From positions 103,726,001 to 103,790,000 of the forward strand of contig OZ024741.1 in the NCBI GenBank assembly GCA_964016885.1: DNA of 64,000 nucleotides. Reading direction: 5' to 3'. This DNA is from Eledone cirrhosa. Its lineage: Eukaryota. A model generated the notes under the pieces. It was given only the letters and a program-made list of their open reading frames with translations. It was not told the origin of the DNA and searched no databases. How positions within the stretch are numbered: the stretch's first letter is position 1; every line of letters begins with the position of its first letter. The position numbers and the translations under genes were made by a program. Shown here piece after piece: positions 1 through 14,970 of the stretch.

Positions 1-2360
1 AGCAGGTGAAATACAGGAAGCGATGTCTGACTGCACGAAGGGTAAATCGCCAGGTTTGGATGGTCTGCCCTACGAGCTTTATTCGTATATGCCAGACTAT
101 GCCAGACTTGTTCGGCGACCTCTTGGCAGATGTCTACTGCAACTGGCAGCAGAACGGGAGCATTCCCAGTTTTGTGAGTCGGGGAGCGGTGGCACTGCTG
201 AGAAAAGACCCGAACAAGGGGGGTGTTATAGACAACTTCAGGCCCATAACTCTGCTAAACGCAGAATTTAAGATTTTGGCCAAGGTATTAGCAAAGAGAT
301 TGGCGCTTGTCGTCGGTTATCTGGTGGGAGAGGCGCAAACATGCGCCATTCCGGACAGATCCATCCACGACAACCTCCATCTCATGCGATACATCACAGA
401 GAGAGTGGTTAAGGAACCTGGCACGGGTGGGGACCTGATCAACTTGGATCAATCTAAAGGATTTGATAGGGTCGACCATCGGTACCTGGCTGCGGTCCTC
501 GAGGCGGCCGGCTTCGGGCCCGTTTTTAGGGGCTGGATCGCTGCGATGCACAGCGACATCTGCTCAATTGTGAGGGTGAATGGTCACCTGTCGCAGCCTT
601 TCAGCAACGTGCACTCGGTCCGCCAGAGTTTCCCCCTCTCGTCCCTCTTGTACGTACTGGCCCTAGAGCCGTTACTACACAAATTGGAAACGATGAGAGG
701 GATCCCACGCGAACTGGGATGCGGGAGATCCGAATCAGCTTACGCCGACGACGTCACCGTGGTAGTGTCGAGCACAAAACACGCTCGGCACCGCTCTCAA
801 GGAATACAACGCGGTGACAGGACCAAAGATCAACCAGGAAAAGTCGGTGGGCTTGCAACTCGGCACCTGGAGAGGCAAGTCCATGCCGTCCGACAGCGTC
901 GTGCTGCGCTGGGCGGAAGGACCGGTTAAATTGCTTGGGGTCTGGTTCGGTCCAGACCTCCAGATGGAGAAAAACTGGAGCGAGGTGACGAGCTGGGTGG
1001 TGTCTCTCACCCAGAAATGGGCAGAGAGGAGGCTGTCTCTGAAAGGTTGGGCGGAGATGGCGAATGCGTACATAGCGTCCGTCATCTGCTACCGCCTGAC
1101 CGTCGTACCTTTCTCCCGCCCAGCTCTGACCAAAATGGAGCGCCTTCTCTTCCGCTTTTTGTGGAAGGGACGTGCTTCCATGGTCAGACGATCCATTTGC
1201 TGTCAACACCCGTTGCGTGGACTAGGCATGCCGTGGCTGATGATACGCAAACATGCGCTGAGGCTGCGACATCTCTGGTGCTTCCTTGACGGTGAACAGG
1301 TGTGGTCGCCGCTTGCCAGACGCGCTTTCCCCAACTCATCTCCTTGACGGAGCTGCAGGCCTGGATCAGGAAAAGACAGAGGGATAGCGCTTGGAAGCTC
1401 GAATGTCTCCACGCGCTCACCGCCCTCTACCAGCTGGGCACTAGTATCGGTTGAACATCCACCTCGGCGTTCTATAGAGGGCTAGTGGAGGCGAAGAGCG
1501 ACGACGTTCTCGGGGAAATCCTGGGCGTCGAAGACGATCAGCTGTTCGCTCTCTTCAAGAGAACTTTCAGACCGGGGCCTATAGACAATTTCCAGAAATC
1601 CCTGGCCTGGCAGTGCTACCGGGAAGCGTTGCCGGTTCGGGATAAGCGTTACAGGCACGGAGGTGCTGTCAGCCAAGCCTGTCCGAGATGCACGCATGGC
1701 GACGAAACCGTCCTGCATGCACTCGTTCAGTGCCCGAAGATTGCTGACTTGTGGAGCTATATCAAACAGCTGCTGTCACGTGTAGGACGGATCCGGTTAT
1801 CGACTGAGTCCATTGTGCAGATAGCCCCGCCATCCTCCTTTAAAGAGGAGGAAGGGCAGGCAGTTTTCATCTGCCTGGTGGCCATTGCAAAAGAGATTGT
1901 GTGGTGGACAAGGCTGAAAGGGTTGAAGACGGACACTTTCCTCTTCGACCAATTCCTGATTAACTTTTTCAAGTTTCACTTGAAAAGGAAAATCAGGATG
2001 GAGAGGGCAAGTGCTGTCTTCTAGTAAGTTTGTTGAAAGGTGGGTGAAAGTGGCGAGTTTGGTCCGAGTGAACGGGCCCGCTCTGAGTATGCGCCTGTAG
2101 ACTGAGGAGTGGGAAAACTGAGAGAGGGCGCTTGCCCTGGTGGTCAGGGTGGCCGTGGCCTTTTTGTGTGGTTTTCGCCATGAGTGACCCTCGGAGGTTT
2201 CCCCTTTTTTGGGGAATTTTTGTTGTTTGAATTTTTTTTATTTCTAGCCCAATTTTGTTATAACGTGTTTACACGACCAAAACCCACTTTGTATCGTCCT
2301 GTACTGTTCTGTGCCGTCTCTAATGTTTTTCTTCGTGTTAGCCCTTGTAGCCAATAAAGA
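1..2360 (+). mobile_element. Decayed L1/Tx1-clade non-LTR retrotransposon, 3' part (RT + C-terminal zinc-binding domain + 3' UTR)
   Basis: ORFs 6-929, 814-1347 and 1485-2024 give consecutive ORF2 pieces: FRPITLLNAEFKILAKVLAKRL, LDQSKGFDRVDH, AYADDV, KLLGVWF and CPRC..ETVLHALVQCP. They are broken by frameshifts and stops. A T-rich 3' UTR follows, with AATAAA at ~2353. Confidence 0.92.
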
Positions 2361-2460
2361 AACTATTTACCTTTCATCCTTACGGGGTCGATAAAATAAA
2401 GTACCAATAATACACTGGGATAATTGCTGGCCTTGTGCCAAAAAGTAGAAATATTATTAT

Positions 2461-2499
<39 letters not shown>

Positions 2500-2885
2500 C
2501 ATTAGACGCTGATCATATCTGATCATATTAAACCTTTATTGTTTACTCTATGAATTTTGTTCAAATTTTACCAACGCCCTATATATTCCATAGATGAAAT
2601 AACCTGTAACTATTTAATCACAGTTACAGTACCATACATGCGTGAAGAACCTTGTGATATTGTGATGTCGGCAATCTATTAATATAAATGTGTGTGTGTG
2701 TGTGTGTTGTATGTATGTACATATGCATCAAAGTGTTATATGTATGCATGTATATGTGTATATATGCGTGTGTGTGTGTGTGTAAATTACGTTTGTAGTT
2801 TATATGAAGGATTGTGAAATATATAATTAGGATTGTTTTGGGAAAATCAGAAATATGTTCATGTAAACGTACATACACACACACC

Positions 2886-2967
<82 letters not shown>

Positions 2968-3042
2968 ATATATATATATTCATACATATATATATATTCA
3001 TACATAAACACAGAAAAACATGTTCATACATACGCATAATCA

Positions 3043-3142
<100 letters not shown>

Positions 3143-3399
3143 GCATTGCATACATACAGACATATATAAACATATACTCACACAAGCACTGACACATAGA
3201 ACGCTTAGACATATATACACACACATCCACACACACATGGAGAAACAAAAGATGGTGAGGAATGCTTCTGTCGGTGACCTGACAAATTACCCCTTAAAAT
3301 ACAAAAAAGGAAAAGAAAAGGAAAAGATCAAAGGTCCCCCTCACCCCCTCTCGTACCAGAACACTGGTCTCAGTAGAGCTGCTTTTGCTGTTGTTGTTG

Positions 3400-4030
3400 C
3401 TACTACTGCAACTGCTGATGATGAAGATGATGATGGTGGTGATGATGATGATGATGGTGATGGTGATGATGATAAGGATGATGATGATGATGTCCCCCCC
3501 CCCCCACACACACACACAAAAAAAAATATGGAAAAAAAAGAAGGAAAGTGCCGCATACGACAACAACAATCGCAACAACACCTACAAGATCAAAAATAAC
3601 AACAATTACAACAACATCAACAACAGCAGCAGAAATCGCCACGACGATCACAACGACCGCAACAAGCACAGCAACAACAGCAACAACGACAGCAACAACA
3701 ACAGCAACAATAACAACAACAGCAACAACAACAGCAAAAACAGCAACAACAACAACAACAACAGCAACAACAGCAACAATAGCAACAACAACAACAGCAA
3801 CAACCGCAACAACAACAACAGCAACAATAGCAACAATAGCAACAACAACAACAGCAACAACAGCAACAACCGCAACAACAACAACAACAGCAACAGCAAC
3901 AATAGCAACAACAACAGCAACAGCAACAATAGCAGCAACCACAGCAACAACAACGACAGCAGAGATCACCACGATGATGACAACGACAAGAACAACAGCA
4001 ACATCAACAACAACAGCTACATCAGCAACC
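3400..4030. repeat. Trinucleotide low-complexity tracts (GAT)n then (AAC/AGC)n
   Basis: Direct reading. These tracts explain the poly-D/N/T/V/L ORFs. Confidence 0.9.
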
Positions 4031-4289
4031 GCCACAATGTCCAAAAGAAAAGCCCCCACCTCGCTCTCCATCACAATAATAGCCTTTTGAATCGATTAAG
4101 ATAAGGCTTGAGATAATGGGGCGACTCAGTTGAGCATCGAACCTCGTTTCATTGGCTTTGAAACTACCAGTCACACTCCACAGATCAAACACCGTTACAG
4201 CTAATTGCAATTTAAACACTACTGCTTCTGGTGAGGGTGCTGCTGCTACTTTTTATACTTTAGTTGTTTTTTTTTTTCCTACTTAAAGA

Positions 4290-4342
<53 letters not shown>

Positions 4343-4979
4343 ATGGTGGTGGCGGTGGTGGTGGTGGTGGTGGTGTGGTTGTAATGGTTGTTGATTTTCT
4401 TCAATCCTATCAATTTAGAAAAAAAAACTTTTAACATTATATTCTATTTTTTATTTTTTTTTATTTTTACAGATCATATTTTTCAAAATTACTTTTTCCA
4501 CACTTTTTCTTTAATTAATTATTCCAATTAATTAGAAATACACGGTAGTTAATTATCGTAGCCAATCTAGAAGAATGGCGGTACCTAGGAGAAAAATCGA
4601 AAAATCCAGGAAAAAATTCTCATAAAAATAATCACGGGAGAAAAAGTCATATTCTATTTAAATACCACAAAAATGTGATTAAAACTGGAATTTTAGATGT
4701 ATAAAGATTTAAGAAAAAATACGAATTCCAGCTTAAACCTTTTACCTAGCGAAAACTATATCTTTTTTCCTCGCTAAAACTATAATATTTTTCCTAGCCA
4801 AAACTGGCTTTTTTCCTAACCAAAACAGACTTTTTCCCGCCAAAACCATGACATTTTTTTCCTAGCTTGTGACTTTTTTCTTTCATTGTATTCAATTTCT
4901 GTTTCCTGGCCTATTATCCCCACCACCCTACGACACAACCCTTATTGCATTCGTTAAACAACAACAACAGCAATAATAC

Positions 4980-5165
4980 TGGTTCCTAATTTAGGCACAA
5001 GGCCAGCAATGTTGGGACAGATGAAAGTCGATTTTAATTGACATCACTACTTTCTTTTATCGACCCAGGAAGAAGGAAAGGCAGAGTTGATCTCGACAGG
5101 ATTTGAACTCAGAATGTAAAACGCCGGAACAAATGCTGCAAAACATTTTGTTCGACGCTCTAATG
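4980..5165 (-). mobile_element. tRNA-derived SINE (family A), diverged
   Basis: GATTTGAACTC (B box, reverse complement), TTTATCGACCC..GAAAGGCA central domain and TTAGGCACAAGGCCAGCAAT tail, shared with the 13705, 27293 and 31110 copies. Confidence 0.7.
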
Positions 5166-6633
5166 TTTAAGTGGCTGAACATTCTACAGGCACGTGTATT
5201 TATAACGTTATTCTCTGGAAGATTCAGCTGGACACAATGTGTGACATGACTGACCCTTTGAATTACAAATACAGTCTATTCGACGAGCTTCAAAACAGTT
5301 TCTATCTGCCCAACTTCATATACAAAACTTGGTTCGATCCTGGGAAAGATGGCAGTTGGTGGTACCGAATCCCGAAACTTATGACTGAGAAACGAATCTC
5401 TTAACTATTCGGCTATGCTCCGACCATTTAAAATATGACATCGATAGCAAGACATGGAAAGAAGTTGATAACAATAGGTGGCGCGTTGTGTCCTGACGCA
5501 AGACACTTCATTTCACGTTGCTCTAGTCCTCACAGCCGAAAAGAAATTAGTACCAGCAGCAGCAGCTGAGGGTTAATTCTGACGGACTGACCTCCTCTCA
5601 AGGAGAAAGCCTTGTACTCTCAGTAGCTTAAGGCCAATGGAACCGGGATGAGCCTCATGGACTTCTGAGTTTTGGACAGACTTTAACTTAATTTATTTTA
5701 ATGACACAACTAAGATCTTACTTCGGGGAGTAAGAGTTAGTTGATGATTTGGTGTAGCTAATTTTGAAGATGGGCGGGGACTTGGCAGAGTCTTTAGATA
5801 GAATGCCTTGCGGTATTTACTCCGGCTCACTGGGCTCTGTGTTCAAATCACGTTGAAGTCAACTTTCTAGGTCGATAACGTACCATCTCTCGTTATCCCC
5901 CTCGCTTTCCCTCGCTACCCTCTCTATCTATTTATTTATCCTTTCTCTCTCTATCTATCTATCTATCTATCTATCTCTTCCTCTCTCTGGAGGGAATAGG
6001 TTGTGTTCAGACTTGAAGAGAGATGGAGTCCACCAGGTTTAAATACCCAACACATGTCGTATATCACTACGGCACCCCTACGACTGAATCAGGAGTTAAA
6101 AGTAGGTCCTTGTATACATCCAATCTTAAAGATCAAATACATTGTTGTGAGTAAAGAGTAAATAGGATTTGGGGAAAGACACAGAAATGGGATTTGGGAT
6201 TAAAGTAAAATAAAATGAAATAAAATGAAAGGTGGAATGTTGGAAAGTAATACGTTGTAATTGGGGAGCAAGAAACTCATAAAACAGGTGGATATAAAGG
6301 GCCATAAATAGCCAGGCATGACGAAGTTTGATAAGGAAAAGGAAACTAGCAATGAGGAACTATTTAAACAGCAATAACTTATGATATCGAAATTAGGGCT
6401 TAAAAATAAGAAGTTGGCCATAAACATAAAGACACGGGCATGGCTTTGTGGTTAAGGAATGAGTTTTGCACCTATATGGTTTCGAGTTCAGTTCTCCTCA
6501 ATATTCAGTACCTTGTGCAAATGTCATTTGCTATAACCTCGGATTGATCAATGGCCTTGTGAGTGAAAATACTCTATAAAGTAACTCAACCTGATATATT
6601 GAGTACTCTATTTTAATAGTAGTTATGTATATG

Positions 6634-6728
<95 letters not shown>

Positions 6729-6732
6729 TAAA

Positions 6733-7053
6733 TGGTAAAGACCCCTTCGGTCACGAATGAACATGGAATTTGTACCGAAAGTTCCCTTCTGATGCACAAG
6801 TCCGTGCAAGGTTGTTTATGGAAAACCAGCAGTCTTCCATGTCTACCAGTCTCTCCTCTCCACATCACCGATGTTATCCAAGGGAAAGGCAATGGCCAAT
6901 GCAGCTTGGCATCAATGAAGTCGCAACTCATTCTTACAACTGAGTAAACTGGAGCAACGTGAAATAAAGAGTATTGTTCAAGGATACAACACATCACCCG
7001 GTCCGAGAATCGAACTTACAGCCTCTCGATTGAAAGCCCAATGCTCTAACCAG
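6733..7053 (-). mobile_element. tRNA-derived SINE (family B)
   Basis: On the minus strand: GGTTAGAGC (A box-like) and GTTCGATTC (B box), then TTTATTTCACGTTGCTCCAGTTTACTCAG. Related pieces occur at ~5490, ~11690 and ~61560-61740. Confidence 0.7.
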
Positions 7054-7278
7054 CATAGAACCAGTGTGAAACTAGTTAGACCATTACTCAACAGAGTACT
7101 CGATAGTTGGGATAGTAGAGTATGGTTATATCATAACGAGTCGGGACCCGATGGCTGAATATTTGCCATTTCAACAGCTAGTCTAGAACTAGCTGTTGAA
7201 ACGGCAAGAGCTCAGCCGTTGGGTTCCGAATCTTTATAATATGTTGTTTTTTTTTCATTACTTTACACACAGACCCAC

Positions 7279-7855
<577 letters not shown>

Positions 7856-7857
<2 letters not shown>

Positions 7858-8461
7858 CAGGTCACCAGTTGGTGCTACTGGTAACATGTATCCCAGTACA
7901 ACCTGTCTCATGGTCGGGTCGTTGGCGACTAAACTGGCAACCCCACCAAGGTTTCTTGGTGAGGAGGGTGACTTTGGACATCCTGCAGGACTAAAAACAA
8001 AACCTGTCAAAGGGCAAAGGAGCTCTTAAGAGTCAATGGCCATCCGAAATCACCGGGAGAGATGACCCCTTAGCCTTTGTCAAGGCAGAATTCTAGGAGA
8101 AGGAAAACTCTGATATAACACCTGCAACATTGATGGTATCCAATGATGTTGACTTGTTCTTCTTTTTGGTAAATATCATCTTGGTTAAGAGAGTGGGACT
8201 GGCTTTGTGCAGTGCCTTTGCTCACTATAAAAGCTTCACGGCACAAGCATTGCTTTATATCTGGAGATCTCTCTGCACTTGTCGTCACATGGTACCATGG
8301 GCCCAGCACTATGTGTCAATAATTGTCACAAGTGTAGTGTTTGTGCCAGAATTTTTAAGTCGCTGGCTGGACTAAAAAGTCACACTCGTTCAGCGCATCG
8401 GTAGGGGTTCTCCTACATGGATATAAAGTAGTGGCCGTACTCGAAAACGAGTTGGCAGCCA

Positions 8462-8464
<3 letters not shown>
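7856..8464 (+). mobile_element. ~600-bp non-autonomous retroelement (probably RTE-related), copy 1
   Basis: Closely similar inverted copy at 46352-46946 and diverged copies at 55148-55700 and ~58190-58537. Contains CTAGGAGAAGGAAAACTCTGA, which resembles RTE 5' UTR motifs. Ends ACTCGAAAACGAG..GCAGCCACC followed by (AT)n. Confidence 0.75.
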
Positions 8465-8549
<85 letters not shown>

Positions 8550-8598
8550 TGAAAGGATAACAAGGACGATTGATTACTCATTCATTGCATTTATTGAT

Positions 8599-8686
8599 AG
8601 GTGACGCGCGTTTCGCCACTGATCAGCTCAAGGTTCGATCTGTTTCGATCCTACCCGACTCAATAATCGGCGGCTCGACGGACCCT
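8599..8686 (-). ncRNA. Hammerhead-like motif with variant core and extended stem II
   Basis: Minus strand: GGGT-CCGTCGA-GCCGCCGAT...ATCAGTGGC-GAAAC-GCGC-GTC-ACCT. It lies in a TA-flanked element at ~8550-8826. Confidence 0.6.
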
Positions 8687-8824
8687 TTTAAAATGCTATA
8701 AGAAAATGAAATACATGCTATGTGGTATTACACTCTGTATAGCTCTACACCTCATCACAGAAGTGAACCTAAACATCGAGTGCTCTCCCGGGTGAACCTG
8801 CAGTAACTCCAAGTTACACCCCCT

Positions 8825-8900
<76 letters not shown>

Positions 8901-8902
8901 GC

Positions 8903-8957
<55 letters not shown>

Positions 8958-8997
8958 TACACAGACAATCACACACACACACATAATATATGTACAT

Positions 8998-9069
<72 letters not shown>

Positions 9070-9674
9070 CTACACACTGATATATATGCTATGTGATGTA
9101 GACTGACTTAGAGACAAAGACAGAGTCAGACAAAGAGAGTGAGAGAGAGAGAGTGACAGAGAGAGAGAGAGAGAGAGAGGGGGGGTCATTATTCGTTACA
9201 TTCCTTTAACCCTACCGAGGCCGAAGTACGTCAACTAGTAGTCTTTAACGATGTCGTTCTGGACAGCTATTAAGGGTAGGTAGGGGTTGCCTACCTTTTA
9301 CTACACATGTTTCACCTTGTCACCTGGGTGTCTTGATTGTCACTAAATACTATCACTTGCATCCTCCACACCCCATCATCCACTCGGCCATCCCTCACTC
9401 CACCCCTCACTAACGGCTGGACGACGACTGACTAAAAGGGTTAAGGAGGATGGTTAACATCAAAGGGCGGTAAGATCAAACGCAATAAATCCCACCCCGA
9501 TATCGTCCGCATATACCCCCACCACCCAACCACTCACCAATCCTCATTTTAAAAAAAATGACTCGTTTTTCGCTACTCCATCGTTTTTTCCTTTTTTGTT
9601 TATTAATTTACACACACATACACACACATATATATATATACCCCCATATACACAGGCATACACACGCACGCGTG

Positions 9675-9728
<54 letters not shown>

Positions 9729-9952
9729 ACATTTTTACTTTTCTTCCCCACTTCTTTATTATTTGTAGTTTATATGTTTTTATTTATTTGTGTGTGTATA
9801 TATTTCTGGTGGAATGTGGAAATGACTAAGTAAAGCTAAATACATATATACATATGTGTCTATATATGTGTGTGTGTGTGTGCGTGTCTGTGTGTGTGTG
9901 TAACTAGCTGTTGAAACGGCAAGAGCTCAGCCGTCAGGGTCCCGACTCTTTC

Positions 9953-9987
<35 letters not shown>

Positions 9988-10087
9988 TATGTATATATGT
10001 ATTTAGCTTTACATAGTCATTTCCACATTCCTCATACACACACATATATATGTGTGTCTATATATATGTATGTATATGTATATATAC

Positions 10088-10230
<143 letters not shown>

Positions 10231-10240
10231 CATATATATG

Positions 10241-10321
<81 letters not shown>

Positions 10322-10339
10322 GTGTGTATGTATATAAAT

Positions 10340-10376
<37 letters not shown>

Positions 10377-11230
10377 GGGAATGTAACGTCCGTGTATACC
10401 CTGCTTCCTTGTTTACGGGGGGTAATAAAGAAATATAAAAAGGAAAACAATCTGAATCAGGTATAAAACCGAACTCACACCCACCGTTACTAGCGAAATT
10501 AAGTAGAATTAGAACGGTGCAACAACAACAACAATAAAATGAAATGTAACAATAGTATCAACAACTGCAACAACAACGATAAATATACTGTGGTTAAATA
10601 TATATAAAATAGCAAATTATGGCCATAGTCGATATTTTCAATGATACACCTCTAGTATTTGAATGTTACAGTTCAGTTGACATCGTTGCTAGTTTAGTCC
10701 AAACTCATTTATTAAACTTTCTCCCACTTCGCCCTCTCTATATTTTATCTCTCTTTATTTCGACAGTTTTATAACAGAGAAAACTAAAACTAAAACAATA
10801 ACAAAAGTAACCCTTTCCCTAACAACAACAACAAAATTACCCTTAACAAAGATTCTCGCTTACTGGTTTTGGTCATTAGACTGCGGCCATGCTGGAGGAC
10901 TCTGCTTTTATTTAATTGATCATATCGACCCTACTACTGTCTTACTGATTTTAGTCATTAGACTTCGACCATGCTATTTATTCATCTTATCGACCCAGTT
11001 CCTTTTATACCTTTTGTACTTATTTTACGCTTTCATTTAGTCATTAGATAGGATTGCGGTCATGCTAACACACTGCCTTGGAGGGATTTTATCGATCACA
11101 CCGACACGAAATCTATATAATATATCTATCTATATATATATATATATATATATATATTCGATTTTATTTTTCTTTACTTGGAGCTCCTTTATTTCTGTTT
11201 CTCCTTTTATGATCCTGTCTCTATTTTGTA

Positions 11231-11264
11231 CTCCTGAAGAAGGACTCAAGTCTGACACGTCGAA
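11231..11264 (+). ncRNA. Degenerate minimal hammerhead
   Basis: CTC-CTGAAGA-A-GGAC-TCAA-GTCT-GACAC-GTC-GAA, with GAAAC changed to GACAC. The downstream AAGCGTGAAACTAATA is shared with the 61294 family. Confidence 0.45.
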
Positions 11265-12164
11265 CTTTCTTTCCTTTTTTCCATATAAAGCGTGAAACTA
11301 ATAAGACTTGTTGTACCCCTGTTTGTTGTCCCCTTGAACTATACACACATACATACATACATACATACATACATACATACATACATACACACATACATAC
11401 ATACATACATACATACATACATACATACATACATACATACATACAACAACAAAAGGCCTGACTGGAAAATTTACTTCAGAATTCTAAAATTCTAAAGTTA
11501 TAATTCTGAAGTAAATTTCCCAGTTAGCCCTTCTGTTGTTTTAATGAATACTTTACTCGATTCCTGCACCAACCACTGGATACCACATGTAATGGAGTCT
11601 AAAAAAAGGATCATGAGGGGCGCCCTACCTCTTCTCACAGAGGTTTCCCGATGGTGAAGTGTCTTTTTGAACAAGAAAGACAATTTATTTCACGTTATTC
11701 CAATCCACTCAACTGGCAACAATGAGTTGTACCTATAATTCAAAGGGCAAGCCTTGACACACACTATGTCATACGGAATCTCCTGGAGAACTACAATAAG
11801 GTTACACGTGCCTATGGAATGCCCGACCACTTACACGTTAATTTCACGGAGGTCCAACAACAACTCCGACATTTTTGTTATAGAGAAACGAAAAACAAAA
11901 AGAATTGATAAAATTCCCTTTTTCTTTTATTTCTTTTCCTGGTTTCAGTCACTTGACTGCGGCTATGCTGATACTATCTGCTGGTCGCAACTTCTGGTAG
12001 AAGGAAGCGGCATTTGAGGCCAGCACACACAATGCATATCAAATTCTACAAAGTATACTGTTCGACATTTCAGCAATTCCGCCAATCCACCACTATACCA
12101 CCCCACTCTTTAACTGGTACTTGATTTATTGATTCTGAAAATATGAAAGACAAAGTTGATCTCG

Positions 12165-12495
12165 GTAGGATTTTATCCGCCGCCTTTTTGGTAGAGTTTC
12201 ATCCAACGCCCTATAGGTAGAATTTCATCCACCACCTATTAGTGGAGTTTAATGCGATGCCCTCTTGGTGGGGTTCTCTTATGGGGTTTGATTGGTTGGG
12301 TTTGATCCGATGCTCTCTTGGTGGGATTTGATCCGATGCCCTATTAGTGGCGTTTAATCCGACGCCCTATTAATTGGGGTTGATCCGATGCCCTATTGGT
12401 GGGGTTTAATCGGCGTCCTTTTGGTGGTGCTTAATCCGGCGCCCTATTGGTTGGGTTTGATCCGACGCCCTCCTGGTGGGATTTGATCCAACGCA
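12165..12495. repeat. Degenerate ~26-bp minisatellite (GGTGGGATTTGATCCGACGCCCTATT) growing out of a SINE
   Basis: About 12 diverged units directly follow SINE sequence GAAAGACAAAGTTGATCTCGG. Confidence 0.75.
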
Positions 12496-12850
12496 CGAGA
12501 TTTAAAACTGTAGAAAACCTCCAGAATGTTACAGTTAAGGTCATAATTGAGCCACTTGTCATCGGTGAAACTCTGTAAATGGCGAATGTAATATACACAG
12601 ACATGGCGATGTGATTAAGGAGTTTACTTTGCAATTATGTGATTTCGGTTTCAGTACCCACAGAGTGATACTTTGGGAGTTTTCTACTATTCTACTTTTC
12701 TATTATAGTCGCAAGTTGACTAATGCCGTGTGAGAAATTTTGGAAACGGAAACTGTACGGAAACCCGCCGTGATTTACGGTGTCCTGGGGTTGGTTTGGA
12801 TTTGTTTACGTTCTAGTTGAGGCATATACGTTTTTACTTTTGTGTGTATG

Positions 12851-12943
<93 letters not shown>

Positions 12944-13704
12944 CTGTGCCTGTATCTGTGTGTGTGCACGCGTGTCTGTGTGTGCATCTGTGAGTTTATA
13001 TTGCGTAACATAACGGTTATACAAAAAGAGATTAATAAAATGAGTACTAGACTTGAAAAAAGCACTGGGGTCGATATGATCGACTAAAAATCTAATGACT
13101 GAAAGCCATAAAAGAAGAATGAAAAATTAAAAGAGTAAAATACTTATAAGATAATCTTTCAGTTTAAAGAACGCTATTAACGGAAACATAAAACTTTCTG
13201 TAGAAGAAATGAAGGAGAGAGAAGAAAGTTGTTTTATACGAGGGAATAATTTGATGTGACAAAATGCGTCAGTGAAACAAGATACGTTAATTATGCTAAT
13301 AAGGATTGAAATTATATTAAGTTATTATACTGTGATATGTCCGCAATTTGATATACCGCAAGGAATTAAGAAAAGCTGGGTATGTAAATATAAAGAAAGA
13401 CTCAAAATTATGTAAATTTATTCTTTTTTATTTTAATCTTTTATTTGTTTCAGTCATTAGACTTCAGCCATGCTGTAGTATCACCTTCAAGGGAATGTTT
13501 GCCAATCATATCACACTCTTCTTTTCTTTCTTTTTTTTTTTTTTTTTTCAAGTCTGGTACATATCAATCTCCCTTTTGTGTCGAACATCTAAGTTACGAG
13601 ATATAAACGAATACAAATCGGTTGTCAGCAGGACCAGATTAAAGTAACTAGGTGCTCTGGAATAGAGAACATTTGAGGTCCCCAATACTTGCTTTCAAGA
13701 AACT

Positions 13705-13890
13705 TAATTGTTTCTACTATTGGCACAATAATCCCAGTGTATTACTGGTACTTTATTTTATCGACCCCGTAAGGATGAAAGGCAAAGTTAGCCTCAGCGG
13801 GATTTGAACTCAGATCATAAAGGGCCGTAACTCTTTGCTGCAAAGCATGGCGTCCGACCCTCTACCGATCCTGCCAATCCACCGCCCTTT
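13705..13890 (-). mobile_element. tRNA-derived SINE (family A)
   Basis: ACTGGTACTTTATTTTATCGACCCCGTAAGGATGAAAGGCAAAG..GGGATTTGAACTC, nearly the same as 27293-27510. Confidence 0.8.
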
Positions 13891-14614
13891 CAAGAAACTT
13901 AATGAATGTTAAAAATACATGAATGTAAGCCTCCGCATAGAACGATGCTAACATTCCATCATCGATCCATTCCGATTTCGAAAACTGAGGTGACGCCCAA
14001 AGAAAGAGAAAGAAATATATTTAATAGCAATTCTGATTTTAAAATGCCATATTTCATAGTTCTCTTTTAACATATATTTAAAACAAGACGGAGGCTCTTT
14101 GAACTATGCGGCCCTGGGCTGCAGCTCACTTTGCCCATATATAAACTCGGTAGTGGTAACCCGACAACGATTCGTACATCGTACATCAGCAACACTAACT
14201 CAAGGGCAGGGAAATCTGTTTTTATGTTTGAAGGTCATAATGAATAAAATGTAACTTAATAAGGCCACATTAAATAAATTTTTATATATGGGAAATGTAA
14301 TTAGGTTTGTTGTAAGGAGTAAACACATTTTAATGGCTCTTTTTAAGAAATTAGAAATATTAGAATTAATTTCATACCACGTAATCAACAAAAATGTATT
14401 TATTTATGCAACATATGCAGACGTATTTCAGAAAGATGCACTCAAGGATCTCAAAATCCGCATGTTGCCTACCCTTGCTCTAATATACACATATAAAGGA
14501 TTTTATATTAAACTTTCTGGAATACGAAATTTTGTTTCTGTAAAGTCAACATCCAAATAATTTCGAATGACTGTTATTTATGCTGCAATTGATATATTTA
14601 GTGGAATAAGGCAG

Positions 14615-14970
14615 GATCGAATGGTTAAGAAGTCTGGTTTCGGGTTCGTTTAGGCTACGTGGCATCTTAGGCCAATGTCTTGCAACTATGTGTTCTATTC
14701 CACAGTGTGGCATCGTTGAAAGTGTCTTTTACTACAGCCTCAAGTCAATCCAAGCTTTGTGGGTAAAATAGGGTAAACAGAAACTGAATGGAGACCTGTC
14801 GGATGGATTGTACCCTTAATTCAAAGGTTCAGCCTTGTTACATACTGTGTCACACTGTATCTATATGAGAATTATGTTAAGGGTACACGTGTATGTGGAA
14901 TACTCAACCATTTACACGTTAATTTAATGAATAAGATGTGCCGTTGACCAATAAACTAAGTACTATTCAA
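14615..14970 (+). mobile_element. tRNA-derived SINE (family C)
   Basis: TGGTTAAG and GGTTCG boxes. The body and tail (TAATTCAAAG..GCCTTGT..AAGGGTACACGTG..CACGTTAATTT) are shared with 29055-29410 and ~11730-11850. Confidence 0.65.

Noticed and set aside
7868-7940. HDV-like ribozyme at the 5' end of the RTE-like element (CCAGT/ACTGG pairing, GTCG/CGAC hairpin followed by TAAA)
   Set aside because: I could not build convincing P1 and P3 helices by eye. It needs a descriptor search.
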